From: Rhynchopus sp. YZ270_cl-10 | Taxonomy: Eukaryota | Direction of reading: 5' to 3' | DNA length: 64,000 nucleotides | Assembly: GCA_964035575.1 (NCBI GenBank) | Contig: OZ037833.1 | Span: 992,001-1,056,000 of the forward strand | In this document: piece by piece, positions 13,918 through 24,582 of the stretch | Layout: each line of letters begins with the position of its first letter | Position numbering within the stretch: the stretch's first letter is position 1 | Translations under genes and position numbers: made by a program | Notes under the pieces: generated by a model | The model's input: only the letters and a program-made list of their open reading frames with translations | Database searches by the model: none | What the model was told of the DNA's origin: nothing

Positions 13918-14055
13918 AAGTGTCACTTTCCGTTCGCTCACCCCCCTTTCTTGTAGTTGTTTTGATGCGTTGACGCTTCCACACACTATCTCACACCGTG
14001 TAAGGTGCTAATGTGCGGAGCACGGTTGGGGTGAGTAAACGACGTTTTGACACTT
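13918..14055. repeat. ~138-nt self-complementary dispersed repeat, copy 2
   Basis: Near-identical to 7678-7815. Confidence 0.85.
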
Positions 14056-15579
14056 TCCGCTCACAAAGTAGTGTGCGAAGAATAATAAACGAAAAAAAAA
14101 AAAAAAGGGATTGAACATAAGCCCTTCTCTGCGCTTAGGTACCATTGGGGAAAAAAAACACAAAAATATACGCGTTACTGGAGGGCAAACACAATAGCCC
14201 CGAATTATTTTTTGTCACATTTTTTTTTGGTCCGATTTGCGTTTCACTTTGGCATTCGGCAAAAAGGGGGAGTGGGTATTGTTGCACGAATGTGTGGGAA
14301 TGACAGAGGTGTACGGGGAAGGGGTTTTCAGAATGGGGTTTTGTAATGTGTCGTGTGAGGCTAAACGAAACACCACACGCACTATCCAAAGAAAGTATTT
14401 ATTCGGCAGGAATCAAGAAGAAAAAAAATGGGGGGAGAAAAGAGAAAAAAAGGCGAGATTTGAAGATTTAAGGTTAAAAAGAGATAAAGAGCTGAGGGAG
14501 CCGGTAAGGGTGATTTACCCTGTGGGGAAAAATCCTACACCGCACCCCCTCAAGCAAGACACAGCAACAATACAAAACAAGGTATCGCACGGGGGGAGAG
14601 GGGAGGAGTGGAAGGGAAGTGGAAATGGGGTATTCAAAAGGGGAAGCGGGGGAAAGAAGAAGAAAAAAAAAACAAAAAAAAAAAAAAAAACAAAAAAAAA
14701 GAGAGAAAAGAAAAAGTTGGTAAGATGATACAAGGTTTCTCTGTGTTGAGTCACCCTGAACAAAAGGGGGATGGGAAATAATATGTGAGGATCGTGCCTG
14801 GATTCGCTTCTGTTAAGTGCACGTTCATCTTTCAGAAGAAGAAGAAAAAAAGATACAGTGCGTGACTCTGTCATGAGGTGCTGGGATGAATGCTGTCGTC
14901 CCTTTGTGATAAATCTGAATAAATCTGAAAAACGGTCAGCGGTTTGTGGGTTTGCGTGCAGCCGTCAGCCCTCCCCCTCCACCGTTTTCGATTTTTTTTT
15001 TTTTTTTTTTTTTGATAAATTGTTCGGAGTAGTGCAGTTGCCTCGGTTTGTGTTGCCACATTTTGTGCAAATCTCCACTTTCTTTCTCTCTTTCCTTTGA
15101 CCCACCTCCAACTGACCCACTGTACGATGTCAGCCCGGATACAAAAGGACAAATAAATACCCGAAAAGGGCTTAGAACGGCAAAAAAAAAAAAAGAGAGA
15201 AAACCAATCACTGTCCAACTAAACGATTGCCAGAGAGGGGGAGAAGAACTGAAGGAAGTGTATCTACCAGAGGGGTATCCTACATGGGATTTACCGCAAC
15301 CTATCCCTGAGACATTTTTTTGTTATAGACAACATAAAGTCGCCAGTTTTTTTAATGAGAGTTGCTATTTTTTTTTGCGGGAAAGGGGAGTAAAAAAAAT
15401 TTTTTTCACCGATTTGAGCATAGCAAGCACGCCCTCTTTAACTACAACCTTCTCCCCCTCAATGGAAGCCTGCTATCCTCTTTGTACGTTTTTGGGGGAA
15501 ATAGGATGGAGCACCCCATCCCACACGAAGGTGAGGGAATGCAGCCACCCCGATGGAAGCTTATTATCCTCTTTTTTTT

Positions 15580-15620
<41 letters not shown>

Positions 15621-15932
15621 GCGCTGGCACATTTTTTTTCAACAATCTCGAGCACCAAGTAGTCATTTAGGATTTGCTCTGACGTGGTGTGTATTAATTT
15701 TTTTTTGATAAATTGTTTGGAGTAGTGTAGTTTTCCTCGGTAGTGTTGCCACAGTTTTTTGTGCAAATATCCACTGTAACGTAACTGTTATGTGTCGACA
15801 ATCACCTTCACTCCATGACCCTTGAGGAGGTTGAGGAGAGGCGCGGTCATCATGAGCGCAGCCTTCCTCCACCTTCACTCCATGACCCTATGATTAGCTT
15901 TGACACTCAAGACAGATTATGAACTATTTTAT

Positions 15933-16777
15933 CACGTATGGCAAATGATAATATATTATGCGCTATTATGAGATCTCATAATACATGTGATATTATGCGC
16001 TATTATGCGCTATTATGTGCTATTATGTGCTATTATGCGCTATTATGCGCCAATTATGCGGCGTTATGCGCTCATTATGTGCCGTACCCCCCACCCCCCC
16101 ACCCAAAAAAAGTCGCTCAGAAGTGGTCAAAAGTGCCCAAAACCGGGCGGAATTCGATTTTTGGGGTACAAATGGGCCTATGGTGTGGTTTTTATTGACT
16201 TCAGGGGGGTTTCTTTGATTTATTACCTACTTCACGTTTTTTGACGGCTTAAGATACCTTGGGTGGGAAAACCTTTGGTACCAGGTGCTTGACACTTTTT
16301 GAAACATGGTTCTAAGTTCCACCAAGTCCCTCTAAACACCCCGAAACCGCCTGGGTACCCCTCGGGATAGGTTCTGGGGTGAAAATATGTGGCTTTGGGG
16401 GCTTTTCTGGCCCCTGGCTCACACTGAGGCGTGATGGATGTGTGAGTTGCTCTATCTACGGGGGGTGGGCAGGTACAAGTTGTATGTACATTTTTGAAAA
16501 AAGCAGATACGGGGCTTCTTGAGGCTCAAAACTGCTCAAAACCGGGCGCAGATGGATTTTTGGACATCTGAGGGTGGTATTTTCTGGTTTGGGGCATTGG
16601 GGTAGGGCACATAATGAGCACATAATGAGCACATAATAGCGCATAATCATTATGCGCTATTATGTGCTATTATGCGCTATTATGCATTATGCGATTATTA
16701 TGAGCGCGCATAATAGCGCATAATGATCTCATAATTTATTATGAGATCTCATAATAAATTATCATTTGCCATACGTG
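15933..16777. mobile_element. Non-autonomous TIR element with CAC termini and a 6-bp TSD
   Basis: 20-bp perfect TIR CACGTATGGCAAATGATAAT; TTTTAT on both sides (15927-15932, 16778-16783); subterminal TATTATGCGC arrays. Confidence 0.88.
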
Positions 16778-18347
16778 TTTTATATATTTTTTTTCGCAGC
16801 AAAAATACTCTAGAAATGGCAGTTGTTGATGAAGGCCGCAAACACACATCTACGACCCACCCACGATACCAGCCCCCCCACTCTGATAGAAGCAAAAATT
16901 AATCTGTAAGTGTTGACAAAAGAAAGAGGGGGAAAAAAAAAACGCTGTAAAGAAGAACCAAGCCTCGTGATAAGACTGTGATTTTTCTTCTTCTCTTCTT
17001 TCCTTCCTCTCATGACGTTGGTCCGCTAAAAACCCCGGAAAATCCAAAATTTGGCGAAAATAAAAGTTTACTTGAAATACAAATCCCTCTCGTGAAACAG
17101 TGTACCTTTGGTACAATGACCGGCTGTACCGGGGGGTGGACACCCAACCCATAAGATAAAGCCAACTTAATTTCGTTGGTCTGATTTAAAAAAAAAAAAC
17201 TGAACAGGCTTGAAAAATAGTGAATCCTCGGGGTCACGAAAAGTCAATACACAACCCTCACGAATACAACGAAAAAAAAAAAAAACTTTCGGTGAGGATG
17301 GCATCAGCCGCACTGTGCAGTGTCTGTAACAAATGGAAAACTTTGAAAAGGATGAATCTATGCTTCTCGTACACACACACACATCTTCATCTCAATACGT
17401 TGAAGCACACAATACACAGGGTAGTCATAATTGGGTGATCAGAAGTGATTTGAAAAAGAAAAAAATAATAAAAAGCACTAAATTCGACAAACTCGAGATT
17501 ACTTTTTTTTGGGAGGGGAAGAAGGAGGGAAACCCTCTAAAGAAAAAAAAGAAAAAAAAAACTCCGATTTGAAAAGTTCAAGACCCTCGGGAACAACCTG
17601 AGCTCCCATTTTTTTCTTCAATCAAGCTATTTTTTCCCGTGTATAAACCCAAAATAAAAAAAAAAGGAAAAAAAAAAATAGCTCATTCGACGTCACCAAA
17701 AATTTTGTGCGTAAAGTGTGTAATGAATATTCTGTGTTGATATTTTTATTACTACAAATACGCCTCTCACTGACTACCTGGACTAAGAGGAAACCTCTTT
17801 AAAAAAAGCACTGTCTTCACTAAGTAAATACAAAAAACAAAACCACTTTGCCAATCGCGCCACCAAAGAAAAACCTCAGGTCGTAGGGGTGCATTGAAGA
17901 AAAGACACGGTTTTTGGAGGGGATGGATGTGGTCGGGGGGTATATGAGTGATTGGAAAAAACGGAGAGGCGTACCCGAAAGCTGCGGTTACTTGAAGTCC
18001 TCGCACCTGGTAAAGGGGGGAAGGGGGTTTTTTTTTCTTCTTGTATTGGGTGGCGGTGGGGATGGTCAGCGGGAGAGACCCGTGTGCGGACATGTATGAA
18101 TTCACCTCAAACAGTGCACACTCGATTTTTTCGGATTTTTTTTCATTTTAACAAAGACGGGGGGTTTCAAAAAAAGGGGAAGGGTGGGGGGGAAGATGGG
18201 GACTCTGCAAGCATAAGAGAGGGGGAGAGAATGGGTGAGACTTCTTCCGCACATTATTTTCATATGAAGCCACAACACGGAAAACACACACACGCACAGA
18301 AAAAACAACCTCTTTTATTTTTTTTTCACATTTTCTCTTCAACGCGA

Positions 18348-19980
18348 TCAGATGTATCCTGGTGGCGGGGTTTGGCTGTAAATTGCCTGAGGCTGTGGGA
18401 GCTGCTGCTGCTGCTGCTGCTGCTGGACCTGGGGTTGAGGTTGTTGTTGTTGTTGTTGTTGCTGCTGTACCACCTGCTGCTGGAAGCCTTGCGCGAAGTT
18501 AGGATAGTACTGTGGGCTGGGTGGCTGCTGCTGGAAACCTTGCTGCTGGGTCCCCTGGGGTTGTGGTTGTTGTTGTGGTTGCTGTTGTGGCTGCGACTGT
18601 GGCTGTGCCTGCGTCTGCACCTGGAAGCCTTGTGGGTACGCGTACGTTGGCTGCGCCCAGCTCTGCTCCGGCTGAGACACCGGGGAGGACGGGGAGCCAG
18701 ACGCACCTGCCGCAGGCGGATGCGGTGCGTACACCACTGGGCTGGGCTGCAGCGCTGTCGGCGTTGTTACCTCGCCTACAGCCGGCTTCTGTGTCGGCTG
18801 CGTCGGCGCAAGAGGCTGCGGGAGAACCCTCATCTGCTGGATCTGTTGCATCTGCTGCAACTGCGGCTGGAACTGCTGCGGCACCTGTTGCACCTGCTGT
18901 ACTTGCTGCATCTGCTGTGCAGGCATTTGTGGACGTGTGTGCACAGGCTGCGGGGTGAACTGCGGTGCAAACTGATGACTGGGAAGTGCCTGCGGCTGGA
19001 ACTCCGCCTGGGGTGCCATCTGCGTCGGGGAGGTGATGTGCATCTGCCCTGCCTGGCCAGCCTGACCCGCCTGGACCGGCTGCTGCGGCTGCACCTGGTG
19101 CAGTGGCTGGAGTTGGAGTGGCTGGGGTTGCGCCTGCGCCTGCTGCAGCGTAGGCTTAGGAAGGGCTGCAAGCTGCGCAGCATCAGCGCCTGGAGGAGGA
19201 AGCAGCACCTGGGCATTCTCCGCACGCATCTTGCCTTTGTCCGAATCCATGATCGTGTCGAATTCAACCTGTCACAAAGATATTTTTTTTGTACCAACAA
19301 ATCAGGCACGTGAGACACTACAAATGCATCCTCAACACAGGGCTAAGGATACGCACGGTACACCTCATCCCCAGAGTAGAGATATTTTCGAAGGCGGATA
19401 ACAAAAAGATCGATATCTTGCACAAAAAAATAGAAACATCTTCAGGGATATGATGGTAACTAATGGTGTCGGGTGAATGCGAAAAAAAGAGGTAAAGTTG
19501 ACAGTGTGAACGTCTCTGGGACGCAGGCACTGAGGAGAAATGAAAAAAAAAAGGTAGCCGTTTCTATTTTCCCATTTGCTAGAAACTCGGTATTCATATT
19601 CATTTGCCCCTAAAGCATACCGTTTCGCCCCCCTGCGGACGGCAGCCTGCTACTACCTTGTGGTGGAGGAAAAGCTGCTCATCTGTCCCCTCCACGGAGA
19701 TAAAGCCGTATCCCTTCTTATCAAACCACTTTGTGAGCAAGCCCTGTCGGCGGGGCAGTCCTGACGGTGCTGGGGTCTGTGCCTGCGTCTGGAGCACTGC
19801 CTGCGCTTGAACCGGCACCTGGGGTGCCACTGTTTGTGCCTGAAGCTGGGTCTGACCCTGTTGGACCTGGGATGGGTTTGTCTGGGCCTGAGCCACAAGT
19901 GTGTGAGGCTGCATCGTTAAAGTATAGTACCCCCTTTGTGGTCTGTTATGATAGGTAGGGTTAGGGTGTTGATGATTCAT
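18348..19980 (-). CDS. Cold-shock-domain protein with a long Gln/Pro-rich C-terminus; join(19621-19980, 18348-19268)
   Basis: CSD motifs KWFDKKGYGFI and LFLHH; GT-AG intron 19269-19620 joins PQGGET to VEFDTIMDSDKGKMRAENA and completes the fold in frame; start uncertain (19980 or 19914). Confidence 0.85.
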
Positions 19981-21301
19981 AAAAGAAGAGACTGGTGTGG
20001 CTGACGACCCCAAAATAGCAGAAAAACAGCACCCCCTTTCAGCCACACCAAGAGATGTTCGCACCCGGTTAGAGCCAGGACAGTGTTCCAAACACACCGT
20101 CAGCAAGCTGACTGGGCGAACCGTAGGTACTGGCCATAAGGCTCAAACCCTCGGAACAACAAGGCTCCTCGAAGTGTTACGCCCGCCAGTCCATTCGGAC
20201 TCGTATAGACCCGGTTGGAGACACGGAGTCTGGATGTGAACTTGGAAGGTGGCCGTTCGCCGAAGCTAGACTTGGCCCGATAAACTCATGTGCCCTGAAA
20301 TATTTCACGTATGTCTCTAGACTGGGTTCTGGCTTAGAGGCGTTCAGCCATAATCCATCCAGTGGTAGCATCACGGCACTGTCCGATCGGACAACCGTTG
20401 AGATACCAGGGACTAGAAAATGGGAGGGTTCCTGTAGTGAGAGAGCCCCCATAGGATGTGTTTCTCCCTCACGTTGTTGCGTTTTTGTGTATCAGCGTTT
20501 CGCTAATATGAAAGCGGTCAGAGGCAAAATAAAGGGGGGGTGGAAAAAGAAATGTTGCTGTGACCACAATACCTTCAGAACAAAAGAACGTTTGATTCAA
20601 TACCACTGTGTTTGTCCCATCCCCCCACCTGCCCCCCCCCCCCCCTCTCTGCTGCGACAGTTAGTGTTTTGGGCTAGCTACACCGACTGCTCAGTAAGAG
20701 ATTTCCCCTGACCCTACTCCCAGGCAATTTGGCATTTTTTAAATTGCAAAAAAAAAAAAGAAAAAAAGAGAAGTTGAAAGTGCAAAACAAAAAGAGAGAA
20801 AAAAAAACTTGAAAGATGCATATCAAGAAGGTCTCACAAAAGAAACCCCATACATACTGGAAAAACCCCCCTAATGCACTGAGCAGAGAATAATAGAAGC
20901 CGTCTCTGACATAATAATATCGGTTTGTTTTGTGCGTACAGTGTGTAATGAATACACATTTTCTGAGATATTCCGTGTTGCTATTTTTATGACTACAATA
21001 CGTCCCCACCTGACTACCTGGCCTAAGAGGAAACCTCTTGGCCAAAAAAAAAGTGGACACACACACACACATTGGGGCCATATACTGCGCAAGAATTACC
21101 CCATATATTGGTTATCAGACATAGGGAGTAAACAAAGGGAAGTTGAAAGTGCACAACGCCTCACCGTTCATCGGAGCGCAGACACCGCCAAACAAAAGCT
21201 AGCCGGCACGCACTGTCGGTTATATTTTTTTCTTCAAGAATTTCAATTTTTTGGGTATTTCAAAAGAGAAGCTGAAAGTGCAAACAAAAAAAAATAAAAA
21301 A

Positions 21302-23393
21302 TTAGACACTTCCTTGGCCGAACCTACAACTGAACAGGCTTTCATAGACTCGCTTCATTTCCAAGAAGGACGGTTTGTGCGTCGTGAAGGGGGGTGCGAA
21401 CACACGCGGATCCTTGCGCACAAGGAGGTATGGCTGCAACGTGCACGACGACGGCAGCCCTTGCTGGTAGAACGGTGTTCTGTTCACCGGCGACGGCGCA
21501 TGCAGCACAATCGCCTTCGCGTGATGCAACGGGACCCTCCACGTGGCAAGCAGTATTGCCAAGGCTTCTTTGTACTTTATCTCTTGCGCCTTCCGGATCT
21601 GCGACCCTACAGAGATATGCCTCCCTTCCTGAGACGACTGTCTGCCACCCTGCTTCTTTCTAGTAATATACCGCGAGAACGTTGTGTGCACTACACAATC
21701 CCCATCCATGAAGATGCCTCCTGCAAAGGCCCCGCCAACAGACATCATGACGACAACACATCCTTTCATCATGTCTGCAACAAAGCCGAGCGACGCGGTG
21801 ACAGGGAGGACACGACGTGCCGCGTCTTCATCTTCATCGTCTTCGAGGTAGGGGTTTACCCAGTGTTCGCCGAATTCTTCCTCGTCACCTTCAGGGTCAC
21901 TACCTGCCTTGAGGAGGTCGTCTTCATCATCACTCTCTAGGGTGGGTTGGGTTGTGTCTGTGGTCGTAGTAGTGGTGGCCGTCCGCCCCGTCTTTAGCAA
22001 AAACCGTTTCTTCGCCTTCCTATCAGTAAGCAACTCCTCCGCCAACACAAAATCCGCAGACGACCCAAAGTCGCCCGCACCATCACGCAGCGTCAACAGA
22101 CACCGATAGATGTGAATCGTCACAAAGTTCGCCCCGTTCTTGAGTTCTGCGCTGGGGGTGTTCGCTAGGGGTGTCACATCAAAGGGCTGTCGAAGGGAGA
22201 GTGTTAGGAGGGGTATAGTAAGGGTCTTTTTATTTTTGAAAATGGAATAGTATAGTAAGCTCCGCTGAAGTTTTGTTGAAGCGGGACACTGAAGGCGCAA
22301 ACCGGAACAGAATCACTCAGGAAGAACAAAAATATACCCTCTCTCTCTCTCTCACATCTTCACAAAAACAAACCCAAAAAACCACTCATACCAAATCCAA
22401 CACCTCCCTTGGGATCTGCGCTAGCCCGGCTTCCTGCAGTCTCTTCACTGGGTGTGCTGGATCCTCTTTTGCCCCTCCTACCCTAGGCCTTCTTTGCGAA
22501 GGCGACGCACTCGGCGCTGACGGCGGAGTACTGCACCCGGGGGTGCTCAGCTGCTGCTCGGGACGTCTGCTGGCTGCACTACGGGGCGAACGCGGTGGCG
22601 ACTTCGGCGCCTTCCCTTTCCCCTGCTCCCCTTTCGCATCACGCAACACAGCCCTGCTGGCCACCACCACAAACCCTGCCTCCTCCTCTTCCACTACCAA
22701 GTCTCTGGCACGGTGCTCCTTTCTCACAAGACGGTCGACAGCCTCTTCGAACGCCTCCTGCATCGCTTCCGACTCACGAAGCTTCCTCTTCGTCGCAGCG
22801 TCGCGAAGGTCTGACTGCTTCTTCCGCTTTTTCTCTTTGCTGCGCTCTCTATTCGCAGCGCGTTTCGCAATAGCAGTTTCTTCTGTTTTTGCTTCTTCCA
22901 TCAAGCCCACCCATGACACACTCTCCCCCAAATATTCTTCACATCTCACAAATCCTTCCCCCTCGAGAGACCAAATGAGACCACGCAAAACAGCTTCTTC
23001 AGCCATATTTGCCTCCAGTATAGTCTGAATTGCTGCGACCTTTTCAGTGCATTCATCGCGCTTAGCAATATATTCGGTAAAAGGTGATATAGCGTTCCGC
23101 AGCTCGATGATAGCTTCCTCCGTTTTTTTCGAAAGCGCTTCAATTTTTGCTACCATCCCAGGCCCATACAAACGGTCCTCTGCTGGGAGTGCGGCCTTTT
23201 GTTTGAACCGTAGAATCTTTTCAGAAAGGGTTCCTTTTTCGATGTGAAGGCATACAGCGAGAAGTTCGGCGTGCATTGAAAGCACCCAGTCTGTGTCGTA
23301 CGAAGACACCCGAGCTGGAGTTTCGACCACCACCTCTGCGCATCGTACTAGCGCTGCCTCGACCTCCTTTACCGCACGGCCAAATTCGGTCAT
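21302..23393 (-). CDS. VLRF1 (Vms1/ANKZF1-like release factor 1) domain protein with an N-terminal helical/coiled-coil region; join(22392-23393, 21302-22186)
   Basis: GGAFAGGIF..HTTFSRYITRKKQGGRQSS..SVGSQIRKAQE..DPRV..PFTTHKPSFLEMKRVY matches VLRF1; phase-0 intron gtatga..cttcgacag at 22187-22391 joins the two ORFs. Confidence 0.78.
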
Positions 23394-24059
23394 TTTACGA
23401 TAAATCAATACCGAACCTAACAGGATTGCAGTAAGAACAGAAGTTGTGACAGGGGTAGTGTACGTTGTGTGCGTGAGGGTCGACAACAGAGGTGCCTCAA
23501 ACGTCTGCCAACCAGAATACGCCACTTCTCAAAAAAGTGGATAAAATAGTAACTCTGATAGGTAAGTAAAAGGGAAAAAAGGTTTTTTCGTTGATTGCAC
23601 AATTACCCTGTTGGAGGGGTGATTGGCGACCGTATCTGAGGAACTATTTCTCCTTTAAGCTAAAGGGGGAGTGGACCTATTATACCGGTGGACCTATTAT
23701 ACCGGTATAATAGGTCCACGTTTTTTGGAGCTAAATTTATTTTTTATTACTGGGGGGGGGGCGAATAAGAGATCAGGGGTGAATAAGAGATCAGGGCCGA
23801 ATAAGAGATCAGGTTGAGATTTTGGGGGTATTTTTTTTTTTTTTTTTTGCATGCAACAGGGTTTTATCTTGAAAAAACATTTTGAAATTTTACCCTGTCT
23901 ACCCGGTCTGGCAAAAAAGTGGTCAAAAAAATTTTTTCGCCTCCGGCGAAAATGTGTTTTTGCTTTTTTTCCCCCAAAAAAAAAATGTACTTCATTGGTC
24001 CCCACCAGTGGAGTCCCCCATACAGGAGGAAGGGAGGGGGTTCGCCCTCTCCCACCATA

Positions 24060-24582
24060 CTACACGCGAATATGACTCTCCTTTTAAGGAGATATGATAT
24101 GGCGATTGCTCAGGCGCGGGCTATGACGGCTGAAGCGATGACTGAGGATGAGTGGTGTGATGCGGCCGACCTGGTGTCAGCTGCATGCACTCTATCGGGG
24201 CTGATCTCGCAGCTCACGATAGAGGTGGCAGAAGGGGAAACGGCGGTGCAACCGCCACATGACGTGACACCGCGGGCCGTAGCGCTTGCGATGTTGGTGC
24301 GAGCAGCAGCAGCGACTTGCACCGAAGACGAGACACCCGGCGCCTGCTTCCCCGCAGGAGCCACAACAACAGCGACCCCCACCATGACGTGCACCACCGG
24401 TGGGAAGGTCAAGACGCCTCACAAGGCGCTGAAGAACAAGCCCCCGCCGCCGCCCCCACCCGACCGTGGGTTGACTGCAGCCAGGAAGCCAGTGCCGCCG
24501 CCGCCGCCCAATCGAGACTGGACGACGACGACCGCCATGAGCATTGCATGGAGTAACTCCGGCATCACTTAGACGCGTGTAG
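24060..24582. mobile_element. Inner nested element filled by a GC-rich ORF
   Basis: TA-CTACACGCG...CGCGTGTAG-TA; abrupt GC increase inside. Confidence 0.6.
24072..24572 (+). CDS. 166-aa hypothetical cargo ORF (Ala/Thr/Pro-rich) inside nested TIR elements
   Basis: ATG at 24072 to TAG at 24572, high GC, two PPPPP(D/N)R motifs; no recognisable family. Confidence 0.4.
   Translation: MTLLLRRYDMAIAQARAMTAEAMTEDEWCDAADLVSAACTLSGLISQLTIEVAEGETAVQPPHDVTPRAVALAMLVRAAAATCTEDETPGACFPAGATTTATPTMTCTTGGKVKTPHKALKNKPPPPPPPDRGLTAARKPVPPPPPNRDWTTTTAMSIAWSNSGIT

Noticed and set aside
17952..19313. 453-aa Leu-rich + strand ORF
   Set aside because: Antisense shadow of the CAG-rich Gln gene.
20060..20460. 91-aa ORF and balanced-composition stretch upstream of the CSD gene (similar stretch at 48330-48620)
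   Set aside because: No recognisable motif or splice-consistent link; left unannotated.
24083..24101. TTTAAGGAGATATGATATG resembling a bacterial ribosome-binding site
   Set aside because: A single short match, also explained by the local TCTCCTT/AAGGAGA palindrome; no other prokaryotic signal.
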